The notes under the pieces were generated by a model. It was not told where the DNA came from and did not search any database. It saw only the letters and a list, made by a program, of their open reading frames with translations. From Thermoproteota archaeon (lineage in GTDB: Archaea > Korarchaeota > Korarchaeia > Korarchaeales > Korarchaeaceae), in contig JAOZFH010000047.1 in assembly GCA_027491415.1 (NCBI GenBank), positions 1-64,000 of the forward strand: DNA of 64,000 nucleotides. Reading direction: 5' to 3'. The number at the start of each line of letters is the position of its first letter. Position 1 is the first letter of the stretch. The position numbers and the translations under genes are program-made. Shown here in pieces: positions 18,265-27,899 of the stretch.

Positions 18265-19824
18265 ATGGTTTCGCTGAAGGTTAGAAGACTCCCGGTAGAG
18301 ATTGGGGAACTCCGAGTCGTTCTAAATAGGGCTGACGCCGAGAAGGTAGGCATCTCTCCCCATGACAGAGTCAGAATTGTGAGGGCAGATGGGAGCCAGG
18401 TAGTTGCGCTGGCCAGCGTGTCCTCATCAGAGGACGTGTCTCCGCCCGGCCAGGTTGGCGTGTTTGCCGATGTCGTGAAGAAGCTCCCCCTCAACGAGGG
18501 GGAAGTCGTCTCAGTCGAAGTCGTTCCTACCCCCCAATCAGCCGGGCTCGTCAGGAAGAAGGTCTTAGAAGGAAAACTCACACCTCAGGAGGTTTCTCTA
18601 CTCATCAAGGACGTCTATGAAGGGGTCCTGAGCGACGTCGAGCTGGCGGCGTTCGTGACCGCCCTGCAGCTTCACGGGGCTGACATGGACGAAGTTGAGG
18701 CCCTGACGCGCTCCATGGCCGAGGTCGGGACTATGCTGGACTTCGGCGACACCCTTACCGTGGACAAGCACAGCGTGGGCGGCGTCCCAGGTAACAGCAA
18801 GGATGCGCTGCTGATAGTCCCTATAGTCGCCGCAGCAGGTCTGGTGATACCTAAGACGAGCACCAGAGCCATCATGAGCCCCGCCGGTACGGTCGACACG
18901 ATGGAGGTCCTGGCGCCGGTGGACCTGAAGCCCGAGGAGATCGTTGAACTCTCCAAGAAGGTCGGAGGGGTAATCGCCTGGGCGGCCAGCGCCAACCTGT
19001 CGCCGGTAGACGGGATACTCATCGAGAAGGTGGAGTACCCCCTCTCGCTGGACCCAGAATGCCTCATCTACGCCTCTATAATGTCGAAGAAGCTCGCGGC
19101 CGGCGTCAAGAGAATGGTCCTAGACATCCCAGTCGGTCCAGAGGCTAAGGTGGAATCCCTCAAGGACGCAAGAAGGATGGGGAGGAACTTCGTCGAGCTG
19201 GGGGAGAGGCTCAACATACTGACGCAGGTGGCGATATCCTACGGCGGTCAGCCCATCGGGAGGTACGTTGGGCCTGCCCTAGAGGCCAAGGAGGCTCTAG
19301 AGATCTTGATGAGTAAGGGGAAGGGATCTAGGAGCATAATTGAGAAGTCCCTCACGCTCGCCGGCATACTCCTGGAGATGGGAGGGGCCGCCCCTGTGGG
19401 CTACGGGGAGAGGATGGCGAGAGAGATCTTAGAGAGCGGCCGGGCCTACGAGAAGATGAGGGAGATAATTGAAGCTCAGGGCGGAGACCCCGACGTGAAA
19501 CCCGAGGACCTCCCGATAGGTGAGCACAAGGCCGTCCTGACGGCCAAGATGAGTGGGTACGTCGTTGCGGTATCTAACAGGGCCATCGTGAGGATCGCCC
19601 GAGCGGCAGGAGCCCCCCGAGACAAGGGCGCGGGAGTCAGGATCTACGCCAAGAGGGGCGACAGGGTAGAGGCCGGAGAGGCTGTTATTGAGATCTTCGC
19701 GGAGAGCGAAAGCAAGCTGCAGGCCGCCGTCGAGGTCGCCAAGAGCATGGAACCCATCAGAGTAGAGGGGATGGTCTTAGAGGTGTTCAGAGACAGGACG
19801 ATAGGAAAAGAGATCGTGGAGTGA
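18265..19824 (+). CDS. AMP phosphorylase (thymidine phosphorylase family, archaeal)
   Basis: N-terminal double-psi barrel domain; DKHSVGGVPGN, PKTSTRAIMSPAGTVD, SIMSKK, QPIG..VGPALEA, ARAAGAP.DKGAG. Confidence 0.95.
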   Translation: MVSLKVRRLPVEIGELRVVLNRADAEKVGISPHDRVRIVRADGSQVVALASVSSSEDVSPPGQVGVFADVVKKLPLNEGEVVSVEVVPTPQSAGLVRKKVLEGKLTPQEVSLLIKDVYEGVLSDVELAAFVTALQLHGADMDEVEALTRSMAEVGTMLDFGDTLTVDKHSVGGVPGNSKDALLIVPIVAAAGLVIPKTSTRAIMSPAGTVDTMEVLAPVDLKPEEIVELSKKVGGVIAWAASANLSPVDGILIEKVEYPLSLDPECLIYASIMSKKLAAGVKRMVLDIPVGPEAKVESLKDARRMGRNFVELGERLNILTQVAISYGGQPIGRYVGPALEAKEALEILMSKGKGSRSIIEKSLTLAGILLEMGGAAPVGYGERMAREILESGRAYEKMREIIEAQGGDPDVKPEDLPIGEHKAVLTAKMSGYVVAVSNRAIVRIARAAGAPRDKGAGVRIYAKRGDRVEAGEAVIEIFAESESKLQAAVEVAKSMEPIRVEGMVLEVFRDRTIGKEIVE

Positions 19825-19851
19825 GCCAAGAGCCCGCTACTCACCCCTAGC

Positions 19852-21114
19852 TCAGGGCAGGACCCTCTCGGGATCCCTCGGGAACAGCGAGGCTTCCCTG
19901 ATGTTCTTGAGATCCAGCATCTGCTTCACGAGCCGCTCTATCCCTATCGCGAATCCGCCGTGCGGCGGGGCTCCGTAGCGGAAGAACTTGGTGAACCACT
20001 CCATCGACTCCTCCTTCAAACCTTTCTCCCTGATCTGCTCAAGGAGAACCTCGTACCTGTGCTCCCTCTGACCACCGGAGCTGAGTTCGAGGCCCTTGTA
20101 GAGGAGGTCGACGCTTCTCGCCCACGGAGGCTCCGCCTTCATGACGTAAAACGGCTTGGCCTCGAACGGGAACCTGTTCACGAAGAAGAAGTCGCTGCCG
20201 TACTTCTCCCTCACGTACCGCCACAGCAGACCCTCTGATTCGGTATCGTAGTCGCTCCCGTAGGGGATCTCCTTCCCGAACTCAGCCAAGATGTCGTAGA
20301 TCTGTGGGAACCTGAGCTCGGGGAAGGGGGTCTGCGGGACCTCCAGTTCCACCCCCAGCAGCTCGAGGTCCCTCGACCTCTCCTCCAAGACTCTCTTTAT
20401 CCCTGAGACGACCACCTGCTCCTCGACCCTCATCACATCCGTCTCGTCTGAGATGAAGGCCATCTCCACGGCTAGAGACCTGAACTCCGTTATGTGACGC
20501 GTTGTGTGGCTCGGTTCGGCCCTCCAGTTTGGTCCAAGGTCGTATATCCTCTCAAACCCTCCCAGTATGGTCAGCTGCCTGTGGAGCTGTGGATCCTGCC
20601 TCAGAAAGGCCTCCTTCCCGAAGTAGTCGACCCTGAACACCTCGGCGCCACTCTCGCTCGCGCCACCTATGATGGCGGGAGTGAAGACCATCAGGAAGCC
20701 GTGTTCGTCGAGCCAGTCAATCATCCCCCTAATGAGGGATGCTGTGATCTTGAATATCGCCTGAACCTCCGGTCTTCGGAGGTCTAGTGGTCTGTTGTCG
20801 AGCCTCGTCGGAAGCAAGGCTGGGACCTTCCAGTTCGGGTCCAGCGGAAGCTTGGGCTCAGCCCTGCTCACTACCTCTATCCTCTCAGGGATTATCTCCA
20901 GGTCCACGGCCCTCGCCTTCTTCTCCGGTGCCGGCTCCCCATACGCAACCAGGACGGTCTCCTGAGTCAGGTTGTCGGTCACGTCAAAAAGCTCGTCTGG
21001 GGCGACTCCCCTCTTCAGGGTCAGCTGGATCTTCTTGTCCCACGTCCGGAGCACTATGAACCTGAGGTGTCTGCCGACGTCCCTTACCTCGCTAACCCAT
21101 CCGCCCACCTTCAA
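19852..21114 (-). CDS. aspS: Aspartyl-tRNA synthetase, archaeal type
   Basis: GWV..VRD OB-fold, RLDNRPLDLR, LRQDPQL, WRAE...RH..EF, ELSSGGQR, PPHGGFAIGIER, FPRD. Confidence 0.95.
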   Translation of the reverse strand: MKVGGWVSEVRDVGRHLRFIVLRTWDKKIQLTLKRGVAPDELFDVTDNLTQETVLVAYGEPAPEKKARAVDLEIIPERIEVVSRAEPKLPLDPNWKVPALLPTRLDNRPLDLRRPEVQAIFKITASLIRGMIDWLDEHGFLMVFTPAIIGGASESGAEVFRVDYFGKEAFLRQDPQLHRQLTILGGFERIYDLGPNWRAEPSHTTRHITEFRSLAVEMAFISDETDVMRVEEQVVVSGIKRVLEERSRDLELLGVELEVPQTPFPELRFPQIYDILAEFGKEIPYGSDYDTESEGLLWRYVREKYGSDFFFVNRFPFEAKPFYVMKAEPPWARSVDLLYKGLELSSGGQREHRYEVLLEQIREKGLKEESMEWFTKFFRYGAPPHGGFAIGIERLVKQMLDLKNIREASLFPRDPERVLP

Positions 21115-24079
21115 CCTTCATCACCCAGATCCCGACCTCCATTCCGTCCACGTCCCATATCCGCCCGTGAGCCTCGGCCGGCGCCTCATCCTTGTCTGTC
21201 AGTTTGACGAACTCTAAGGCGCCGCTCTCCCTCTTCAGATTCTCAGCATAGGTCTCCGTGGCCCTGAGGACGAGTTCGCTGTCGCTCCACAGGAACACCC
21301 TTACCACCTCCTTCCCCACAGTTAGCCCCATCTCCTTCCTTGTCTGCTGGACCCTCCTTAGCACCTCGCGGTAGATCCACTCGAGCATGTCCTCCTCGGT
21401 GAGCTTAGCGGGGAGGTACACCTGGCCGCCCTCGAACTCTACGGAGGTCCACTCCCCATCTGACGGCGGCTCCGCGGAGACCTGCACGCCCTTCACGTTG
21501 AGCTCCAGCTGAAGGACCTCGGCGAAGTCTCGCGCCGCCCTTCGAATCTCACCGTCAGCGGTAACTACTACGAGTTCCCGCAGAGGGGCTCTCCTCTTCA
21601 GCCCAGCGTTGGCCCTCGCCTGCAGGCCAGCCTTGATGATCGCCCTAACTGCCTCCATCTCGCTCTCCAGGTCGGGATCCTTCCAGTCCAACCTCTCCGG
21701 CGGGAACGGGAGCATGTTAACGCTTACCGGCTCGCCTTCCTGCTTCAGGGACTCTTGGTAGATCTCCTCCGCAATGAACGGCGCAAACAGTCCCAGTATT
21801 GGGAGCATGTAGCGGAGCACTGTGAAGAGTACGTTAGCCTTCGCGCGACCGTCCTCGCCCCCGCTCCTGAGCGCGGCCCTCACCGCGTGGAGGTAGAGGT
21901 GACTGAGGTCCTCCACGTAGAACTCAAGCACCGCAGAGGCCGCCTCGTGGGGCGACAGGTTGTCCATGGCCCGAGAGACGGTGTCCCTAACTGACGCGGC
22001 CCGAGAGAGGATCCACCGATCGACGGCCGGCAGCTCCGAGAGGTGGTCCTGCACGTAGCCCTCGTCGAGTTCCATGTCGGCCATGTAGGTGGAGGCGAAC
22101 GTGTGGATGTTCCATATCGTGTTAAGGGTCCTGACCATGTTCTTTAGGTCCTTCCACACGAACTTTATGTCGCTCCACTGAGTTCGCATCATGACGAACA
22201 GCCTGAACGCGTCCCTACCTGCCTCCGCCACTATCTTGTCGGGCGGCTCGAAGTTGCCAAGGGACTTGTGCATCTCCTGGCCCTTCTCGTCGAGCATGAA
22301 GCCGTGCATCAGGACGGACTGATAGGGCGCCCTGCCGAAGAGGAGCACTCCCAGCCTGAGCAGTGAGAAGAACCACCCCCTGGTCTGGTCGTGGCCCTCC
22401 GTGATGAAGTCCGCCGGAAACAGTCTCTCAAATTCCTCCGAGTTCTTTGGATATCCGAGGCTGGCGAAGAAGGACACCCCCGAGTCATACCACACGTCCA
22501 CGATGTCTGGGACCCTCCGCATGGTCCCGCCGCAATTAGGGCAGGAGAAGGTGATCTCGTCCACCCAGGGCCTGTGCAGCTCCTCCGGCCTCCTCCCAGC
22601 CAGCTCCTCCAGCTCGTCAGCCGAGCCGACGACGATGGTGTGCCCACAGCTCTCACACTGCCAGATGGGCAGCGGAGTTCCCCAGAACCTCTGACGGCTG
22701 ATGACCCAGTCCCTCAACTCCTCAAGCCAGTTCCTGAACCTGTCCCTGGCCCAGCCGGGGGCCCACCTAACCTTTTCCATCTCCTCGATGAGGCGATCTT
22801 TCAGGTCGGACAGGTGAACGAACCACTGCTCCGTGGCCCTGATGATGAGAGGGGTCTTGCACCTCCAGCACACCGGGTACCTGTGGACGATGTATCCAGC
22901 CCCGGCCAGGGCACCAAGATCCTCCAAGTCCTCAATTATCCTCGGATTCGCATCCCGAACGGGAATGCCCGCGTAGGGACCGGCCTCCTCGGTGAACCTG
23001 CCCGAGTCATCCACCGGAGACAGGATCGGGAGTCCCCTGTTCAGGTGGACCTCCTCGTAGTCCTCCTGGCCGTGGCCGGGGGCGGCGTGGACGCACCCAG
23101 TCCCCTCCTCCGTCGAGACGTACTTCGAGCTGAGAATGACCACATGTCCCCTCTCTAGGTTCTTCAGAGCAGGAACCGCCTCCCTGAGGGGGTGATCGTA
23201 GGACAGGCCCTCCAGCCTGGAGCCTGGAAACCTCTCTATCACCTCATAGTCCTCCCACCCCAGCTCCGAGGCCACCGCCTCCAGCCTGGCCTCCATGAGT
23301 ATGAGTACCTCGCCTTCAACCCTGACCCGGACGTAGGTCTCCTCTGGGTGTACCATGACTGCCACATTAGCCGGGAGGGTCCAGGGGGTCGTCGTCCAGA
23401 TGAGGAGGCTCTCCCCGGGCCTGTCCTTAAGTGGGAACTTCACGAATATCGAGGGGTCTCGGAGGTCCTTGTACTCGCTCACTTCGTAGTCCGCAAGCAC
23501 GGTCTCACACCTGGGGCACCAGTGAACCACCTGAACGCCCTTCTTCAGCCTGCCCTCCTCCCAGATCCTCTTGATGCCCCACCATGCGCTCTCGATGTAG
23601 TAATCGTCCATGGTGCGGTAGGCGCCCTTCCAGTCCAGCGAGGCCCCGAAGTTCTTGAAGTGGCGGGTCATCTCCTCAATGTTCCTCTCGGCAAACGACC
23701 GGCACCTGTGAACGAAGTTTCCTATACCAAAGCTCTCGACGTCTCTCTTTGTCTTGAATCCGAGCTCTTGCTCCGTCTTCACCTCAATGGGGAGTCCGTG
23801 GCAGTCCCAACCTGCCCGATCGTTGACATCGTGCCCCTTGGACCTGGCGTACCGGATGAAAGTATCCTTGAGAACCTTGTTCCAGACGGTGCCAGGGTGG
23901 GGCTCTCCGGAGGACGGGTAGGGTGGGCCGTCGAGGAAGTAGAACTTCGGCCCTCCCTTCAAGCGGCGTCTGAGTTCCGCATAGACATCCTTCTCATCCC
24001 ACAGCCTCAGGACCCTCTCCTCGACGTCTTTGGGGCTGTAGCTTTTGCTGAGCTTACCTATCCTGCCCAAATTGGACAC
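21092..24079 (-). CDS. ileS: Isoleucyl-tRNA synthetase
   Basis: DGPPY, HPGT (HIGH), GWDCHGLPIE, WTTTPWTLP, GTGCVH.AP.HG, WVISRQRFWG, EGHDQTRGWF, EMHKS. Confidence 0.97.
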   Translation of the reverse strand: MSNLGRIGKLSKSYSPKDVEERVLRLWDEKDVYAELRRRLKGGPKFYFLDGPPYPSSGEPHPGTVWNKVLKDTFIRYARSKGHDVNDRAGWDCHGLPIEVKTEQELGFKTKRDVESFGIGNFVHRCRSFAERNIEEMTRHFKNFGASLDWKGAYRTMDDYYIESAWWGIKRIWEEGRLKKGVQVVHWCPRCETVLADYEVSEYKDLRDPSIFVKFPLKDRPGESLLIWTTTPWTLPANVAVMVHPEETYVRVRVEGEVLILMEARLEAVASELGWEDYEVIERFPGSRLEGLSYDHPLREAVPALKNLERGHVVILSSKYVSTEEGTGCVHAAPGHGQEDYEEVHLNRGLPILSPVDDSGRFTEEAGPYAGIPVRDANPRIIEDLEDLGALAGAGYIVHRYPVCWRCKTPLIIRATEQWFVHLSDLKDRLIEEMEKVRWAPGWARDRFRNWLEELRDWVISRQRFWGTPLPIWQCESCGHTIVVGSADELEELAGRRPEELHRPWVDEITFSCPNCGGTMRRVPDIVDVWYDSGVSFFASLGYPKNSEEFERLFPADFITEGHDQTRGWFFSLLRLGVLLFGRAPYQSVLMHGFMLDEKGQEMHKSLGNFEPPDKIVAEAGRDAFRLFVMMRTQWSDIKFVWKDLKNMVRTLNTIWNIHTFASTYMADMELDEGYVQDHLSELPAVDRWILSRAASVRDTVSRAMDNLSPHEAASAVLEFYVEDLSHLYLHAVRAALRSGGEDGRAKANVLFTVLRYMLPILGLFAPFIAEEIYQESLKQEGEPVSVNMLPFPPERLDWKDPDLESEMEAVRAIIKAGLQARANAGLKRRAPLRELVVVTADGEIRRAARDFAEVLQLELNVKGVQVSAEPPSDGEWTSVEFEGGQVYLPAKLTEEDMLEWIYREVLRRVQQTRKEMGLTVGKEVVRVFLWSDSELVLRATETYAENLKRESGALEFVKLTDKDEAPAEAHGRIWDVDGMEVGIWVMKVEGGRMG

Positions 24080-24147
24080 CTCTCGGTGAGACCCGGGCCG
24101 GGCGGAGGTGCTCGGAAGATTTAAAATTCAGGAAGGGAAGGGCAATT

Positions 24148-24274
24148 GGGGCGAGCGGCCATAGTGGCCGGGGACACACCCGGACTCGTTCCGAACCCGG
24201 AAGTTAAGCCCGGCCACGTCCTGCGGAGTACTGGGCTCCGTAAGGGCCCGGGAAACGCAGGAGCTGCTAACCCC
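24148..24274 (+). rRNA. rrf: 5S ribosomal RNA (stand-alone)
   Basis: GCGGCCATAG...ACACCCGGACTCGTTCCGAACCCGGAAGTTAAGC...AGTACT...GGGAAAC...GCTGCT; closing helix AGCGGC/GCUGCU; TTTAAA at 24120-24125; ends approximate. Confidence 0.96.
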
Positions 24275-24350
24275 CTTCCTAACAATCCCGATCACTAGAT
24301 CATGCTGACTTTTTACGGAATCTACTGACCGCCTGTCGCGGGTCTGTTCC

Positions 24351-25589
24351 ATGCCAGCGGGCATTTCTGAGACTGCTAGATACGCCATTGAGAATCCCAG
24401 CTCGATTAGAGAGATAATGAGCCTTGTTGCAGACTATGAGAGAAACCCAGAGAAGTACCCCCGCCCACTGGTCTATTTGGGCGGCGGGTGGCCCCAGGAT
24501 CCCCCGCCGAAACCGCTCGTAGACGCGATGAAGGAGCTCTGGGAGGATGAGAGAGAGATACGGCTCAGCGCAAGATATCCCCCCACTAAGGGAGACCCAG
24601 ACTTCCTAGACGCGGTGGTGGAGTACGAAGAAGTCATCTTTGGTAGGAGAATGCCCAGAGACGAGATAATCTCGGGTCTAGGTAGCACGGACCTAGCAGG
24701 CGGTCTTTTCCTGGCCACTCTGGACAGGGGAAGCGAGGTCATAATGGCGAGACCGTGCTACCTCAACTACCAGCGACAGCTCCTCGTCGAGACGATGCTG
24801 GGGGTGAAGATGAAGTACTGGGACGTGATCAAGGACGGGAGGTTCGAGCCGAACGTCGACGAGCTCCAGGAGCTAATCACCCCAGACACTAGGATGCTGA
24901 TCCTGGTGACTCCTGGAAATCCAGACGGACAGGTCTTCTCAGACGAAGTAATCTCGGCGGTGTCAGATCTCGCCGAGGAGAAGGGGATCTGGGTCCTGTT
25001 GGACGTGGCCTACCGCATGTTCCACTACTCCGGCGTGCCGAGCTACTATTCGCGCCCCAGGAGGGAGAGGGAGATCTGGCTGGCGTCCATGTCGAAGGAG
25101 CTAAGGGCGCCTGGGTGGAGGCTCGCTTATCTCTACGCCGATCCGGAACTCATCAGGGCCGTTGAGACCGTTCAGCAGGCCAGGACGCTTGCCACGACGA
25201 GGATCCCGCAGAGGGCGTTCGTGAGGATGATGTCCAAGGAGGGCGTGAGGGACTGGCTGAGGAGGTACATGCTGGAGGAGACGCCACGGATCTACGGAGA
25301 GATCGCGAGGATGACGACGGACCTCATGTCTCAGATAGAGGGGATTCGGGTGCTCCCGCCTCAGGGTGGGTTCTACGTGTTCTTCAACGTGGAGTTCGTC
25401 GAGCCCAGCTCCAGGAGATTCGTCCAAGGACTTCTGAACGAGTGGCAGGTCGCCCTCGCTCCGGGAGTCGATTTCGGCATGGAGGGCTGGGTCAGGCTCT
25501 CGTTCGCGCCCGCCGTGGAGGAGCCGGAGAAGATAAGGGAAGGGGTGGAGCGGATCTCGCAGTACGTGGCGGGGCTCAGGACGTCGTAG
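24351..25589 (+). CDS. Class I/II PLP aminotransferase
   Basis: LGGGWP, YPPTKG, PGNPDG, DVAY, SMSKELRAPGWRLAY, PQGGFY, VRLSFA. Confidence 0.9.
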   Translation: MPAGISETARYAIENPSSIREIMSLVADYERNPEKYPRPLVYLGGGWPQDPPPKPLVDAMKELWEDEREIRLSARYPPTKGDPDFLDAVVEYEEVIFGRRMPRDEIISGLGSTDLAGGLFLATLDRGSEVIMARPCYLNYQRQLLVETMLGVKMKYWDVIKDGRFEPNVDELQELITPDTRMLILVTPGNPDGQVFSDEVISAVSDLAEEKGIWVLLDVAYRMFHYSGVPSYYSRPRREREIWLASMSKELRAPGWRLAYLYADPELIRAVETVQQARTLATTRIPQRAFVRMMSKEGVRDWLRRYMLEETPRIYGEIARMTTDLMSQIEGIRVLPPQGGFYVFFNVEFVEPSSRRFVQGLLNEWQVALAPGVDFGMEGWVRLSFAPAVEEPEKIREGVERISQYVAGLRTS

Positions 25590-25650
25590 GTCGCCCCTTG
25601 GCCTGAATCCGGAAACGGTTAACAGGAAGTGGGGCATCTATGGCTGGGAC

Positions 25651-27879
25651 ATGTCGGAGGAGGGGGTGTTCTACCACATAGAGGGAACCCCTAGGGGTGT
25701 CTCGCTGTGGCTCGGGGGAGGTAAGAGCGTCGAGGTTGAGTTCCGCCCGTACTTCTTCGTCCCGAAGGACTCCTTAGACAGGGAGACGGAGATTAAGCTG
25801 AGATCAAAGGCCCTCCGGGTGGAGGAAACCGTCGGCTACGATCCCTGGTTTGAGAGGAAGTTCCTGAAGGTGGTGGGAAGGGACGAGGAGGACCTCAGGA
25901 GGTTGGCGAGGCTGGTTCCCGATCCGTGGGAGTACTCCATCCCCACGTGGCAGAAGTTCCTCCTCGATTCCAACCTGAGGCCTTTCTCCATAGTCGTCCT
26001 CGAGGACGGCTCTCCGGGCCAGGTAGGCGAGGGGTACCTCGACGATCTCAAGGTCCTCTACTTCTCGGCGCTGATATACAGTGAGGATGGCTTCCCTGTT
26101 CCCGGGAGGAGTCCAGTCCTCGCGGTGGGTCACTCCACCGACGAGGGTCCCGTTGAGGTGATATCCTCGGAGGACGACTCTCAGGTGATAAGGGAGTTCC
26201 TCAACGTCGTCCGGAGGGAAGATCCAGATGTGATAGTTGGGTACGGCCAAGACGCCGACGAGCTTCAACACATGAAGGCCAGGGCGAAGCTGCACGGTAT
26301 GAAGCTCACCCTGGGGAGGGGAGGAGGAGAAACGGAGGAGACGGGCAGGTTCTTCCGCGGGATAATACTCGTGGAGCAGAGGATTTCCGGCAGGGCCAAC
26401 GTTGACATGTTCTCAATAGCTTGGCGGGACTTCCCCGGGCTCCCCACCAAGTCTTGGTACGAGCTGGCCGACGAGCTCGGCGTGCCCAAGCCCAGGCCGG
26501 TTCCCAAGTTCAGGATAGCCGAGAAGTGGAAGTCCGACAGGGACGGTCTCCTCGCGTATCTCAAGGCGAAGGTAGTCGCCATAAGGAACCTAGCAGAAAA
26601 GCTTCTCCCGCACCAGGCAGAGCTTGCTAAGCTCACCTACAGGCCCCTGCAGGAGGTCACGAGGACTCCTGTGGGCGGCCTCGTGGAGTCCCTCGTCGCG
26701 ATTCACGGGAAGAGGAGGGGGTGGGTGATCCCTCCCCAGAGGAAGGAGGAGAGGGGGTTCATTGGCGGATACGTGTGGCTAAAGTCCCCCGGCATCTACC
26801 AGAACATCTGCTACCTGGACTTCAAGAGCATGTATCCCAGCATCATGATACTTCACAACATCAGCCCGGAGACCGTGGAGCCCAAGGAGGGCTTCTGCTC
26901 CGTAGAGGAGGTCTCGGCGGAGGGTATAACCAAGAGGGTGTGCTCGGACAGGCGCGGGCTGTTTGCCGAGATCGCCTCGGACCTTCTGAGGAGAAGGGCA
27001 GAGATCAGGAGGGAGATGGAGAGCCTACCCCCGGACGCCGTCGAGCGGAGGAGGCTGGATGCGATTCAGAAGGCCATCAAGGTCGTCACGAACGCGATGT
27101 ACGGCTACATGGGGTGGGAGGGCGCGTCCTTGCGGAACGTGCACGCGGCGGCTCTCACGGCCGCCTTGGGGAGGCACTACATCAAGAAGGTCGTGGAGAT
27201 ACTGCAGGATAGAGGGCTTGAGGTCATCTACGTCGACACTGACGGCATTCAAGTCGTCGGGGGGTCCCCGGACGAGTACTCCGCTCTGCCCGAGTGGCTG
27301 AACGAGCGGGTTCCCCTGACCATCGACCTGCAGTACGTGGCCGAGCGCGGCCTGTATCTCACGAAGAAGAAGTACGCCCACCTCGTCAACGGCAGGGTGG
27401 TGGCCAAGGGCTTCGAGTTCCTCAGGAGAGACTACCCGCCGATCGTCAAGAGGGCCCAGGAGGAGGCCGTGAAGATGGCCCTTCAGGGAAGGCCCCTCCC
27501 CGAGATTGAGAAGAGGGTCGCAGAGTACAGGCGACTCCTGGAGGGGGGTAGAGTTCAGAAGGAGGACCTGATCTTCATCGAGACTCTGGGAAAGAGGCTG
27601 GAGGACTTTGAGAGGAAGACGAAGGGCTACGTCGCCGGGCGGTGGCTCGAGGAGAACAAGGGCATTGAGGTCCACAGGGGGCAAGTCCTGAGGATAGTGA
27701 TCGTGAAGGGTCACGGGAGCGTAAACGAGAGGGCTCGTCCGGCCGAGTTCTTTGACGTGGAAGACTGCGACCTGGACTACTATCTCAAGCTGCTCGATCA
27801 GGTCATGGAGAGAACTCTGAAGGCCCTCAAAGGAGTGGGCGTCGAGGAGGGCAGGAGGGGGCTAGAAGAGTTCTTCTGA
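25651..27879 (+). CDS. polB: Family B DNA polymerase, PolB3-like, with inactivated 3'-5' exonuclease
   Basis: FRPYF, WEYSIP; Pol motifs DFKSMYPS, KVVTNAMYGY, YVDTDG, KKKY, KGFEFLRRD intact; Exo I-III degenerate. Confidence 0.93.
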   Translation: MSEEGVFYHIEGTPRGVSLWLGGGKSVEVEFRPYFFVPKDSLDRETEIKLRSKALRVEETVGYDPWFERKFLKVVGRDEEDLRRLARLVPDPWEYSIPTWQKFLLDSNLRPFSIVVLEDGSPGQVGEGYLDDLKVLYFSALIYSEDGFPVPGRSPVLAVGHSTDEGPVEVISSEDDSQVIREFLNVVRREDPDVIVGYGQDADELQHMKARAKLHGMKLTLGRGGGETEETGRFFRGIILVEQRISGRANVDMFSIAWRDFPGLPTKSWYELADELGVPKPRPVPKFRIAEKWKSDRDGLLAYLKAKVVAIRNLAEKLLPHQAELAKLTYRPLQEVTRTPVGGLVESLVAIHGKRRGWVIPPQRKEERGFIGGYVWLKSPGIYQNICYLDFKSMYPSIMILHNISPETVEPKEGFCSVEEVSAEGITKRVCSDRRGLFAEIASDLLRRRAEIRREMESLPPDAVERRRLDAIQKAIKVVTNAMYGYMGWEGASLRNVHAAALTAALGRHYIKKVVEILQDRGLEVIYVDTDGIQVVGGSPDEYSALPEWLNERVPLTIDLQYVAERGLYLTKKKYAHLVNGRVVAKGFEFLRRDYPPIVKRAQEEAVKMALQGRPLPEIEKRVAEYRRLLEGGRVQKEDLIFIETLGKRLEDFERKTKGYVAGRWLEENKGIEVHRGQVLRIVIVKGHGSVNERARPAEFFDVEDCDLDYYLKLLDQVMERTLKALKGVGVEEGRRGLEEFF

Positions 27880-27899
27880 GCCCCGGCGCGGTGAATCAC

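Noticed and set aside
21070-21124. Perfect box C (GUGAUGA) at the ileS/aspS junction
   Set aside because: No CUGA box D at suitable spacing; explained by the SD and codons.
24128-24388. 86-aa minus-strand ORF
   Set aside because: Antisense to the 5S rRNA gene; spurious.
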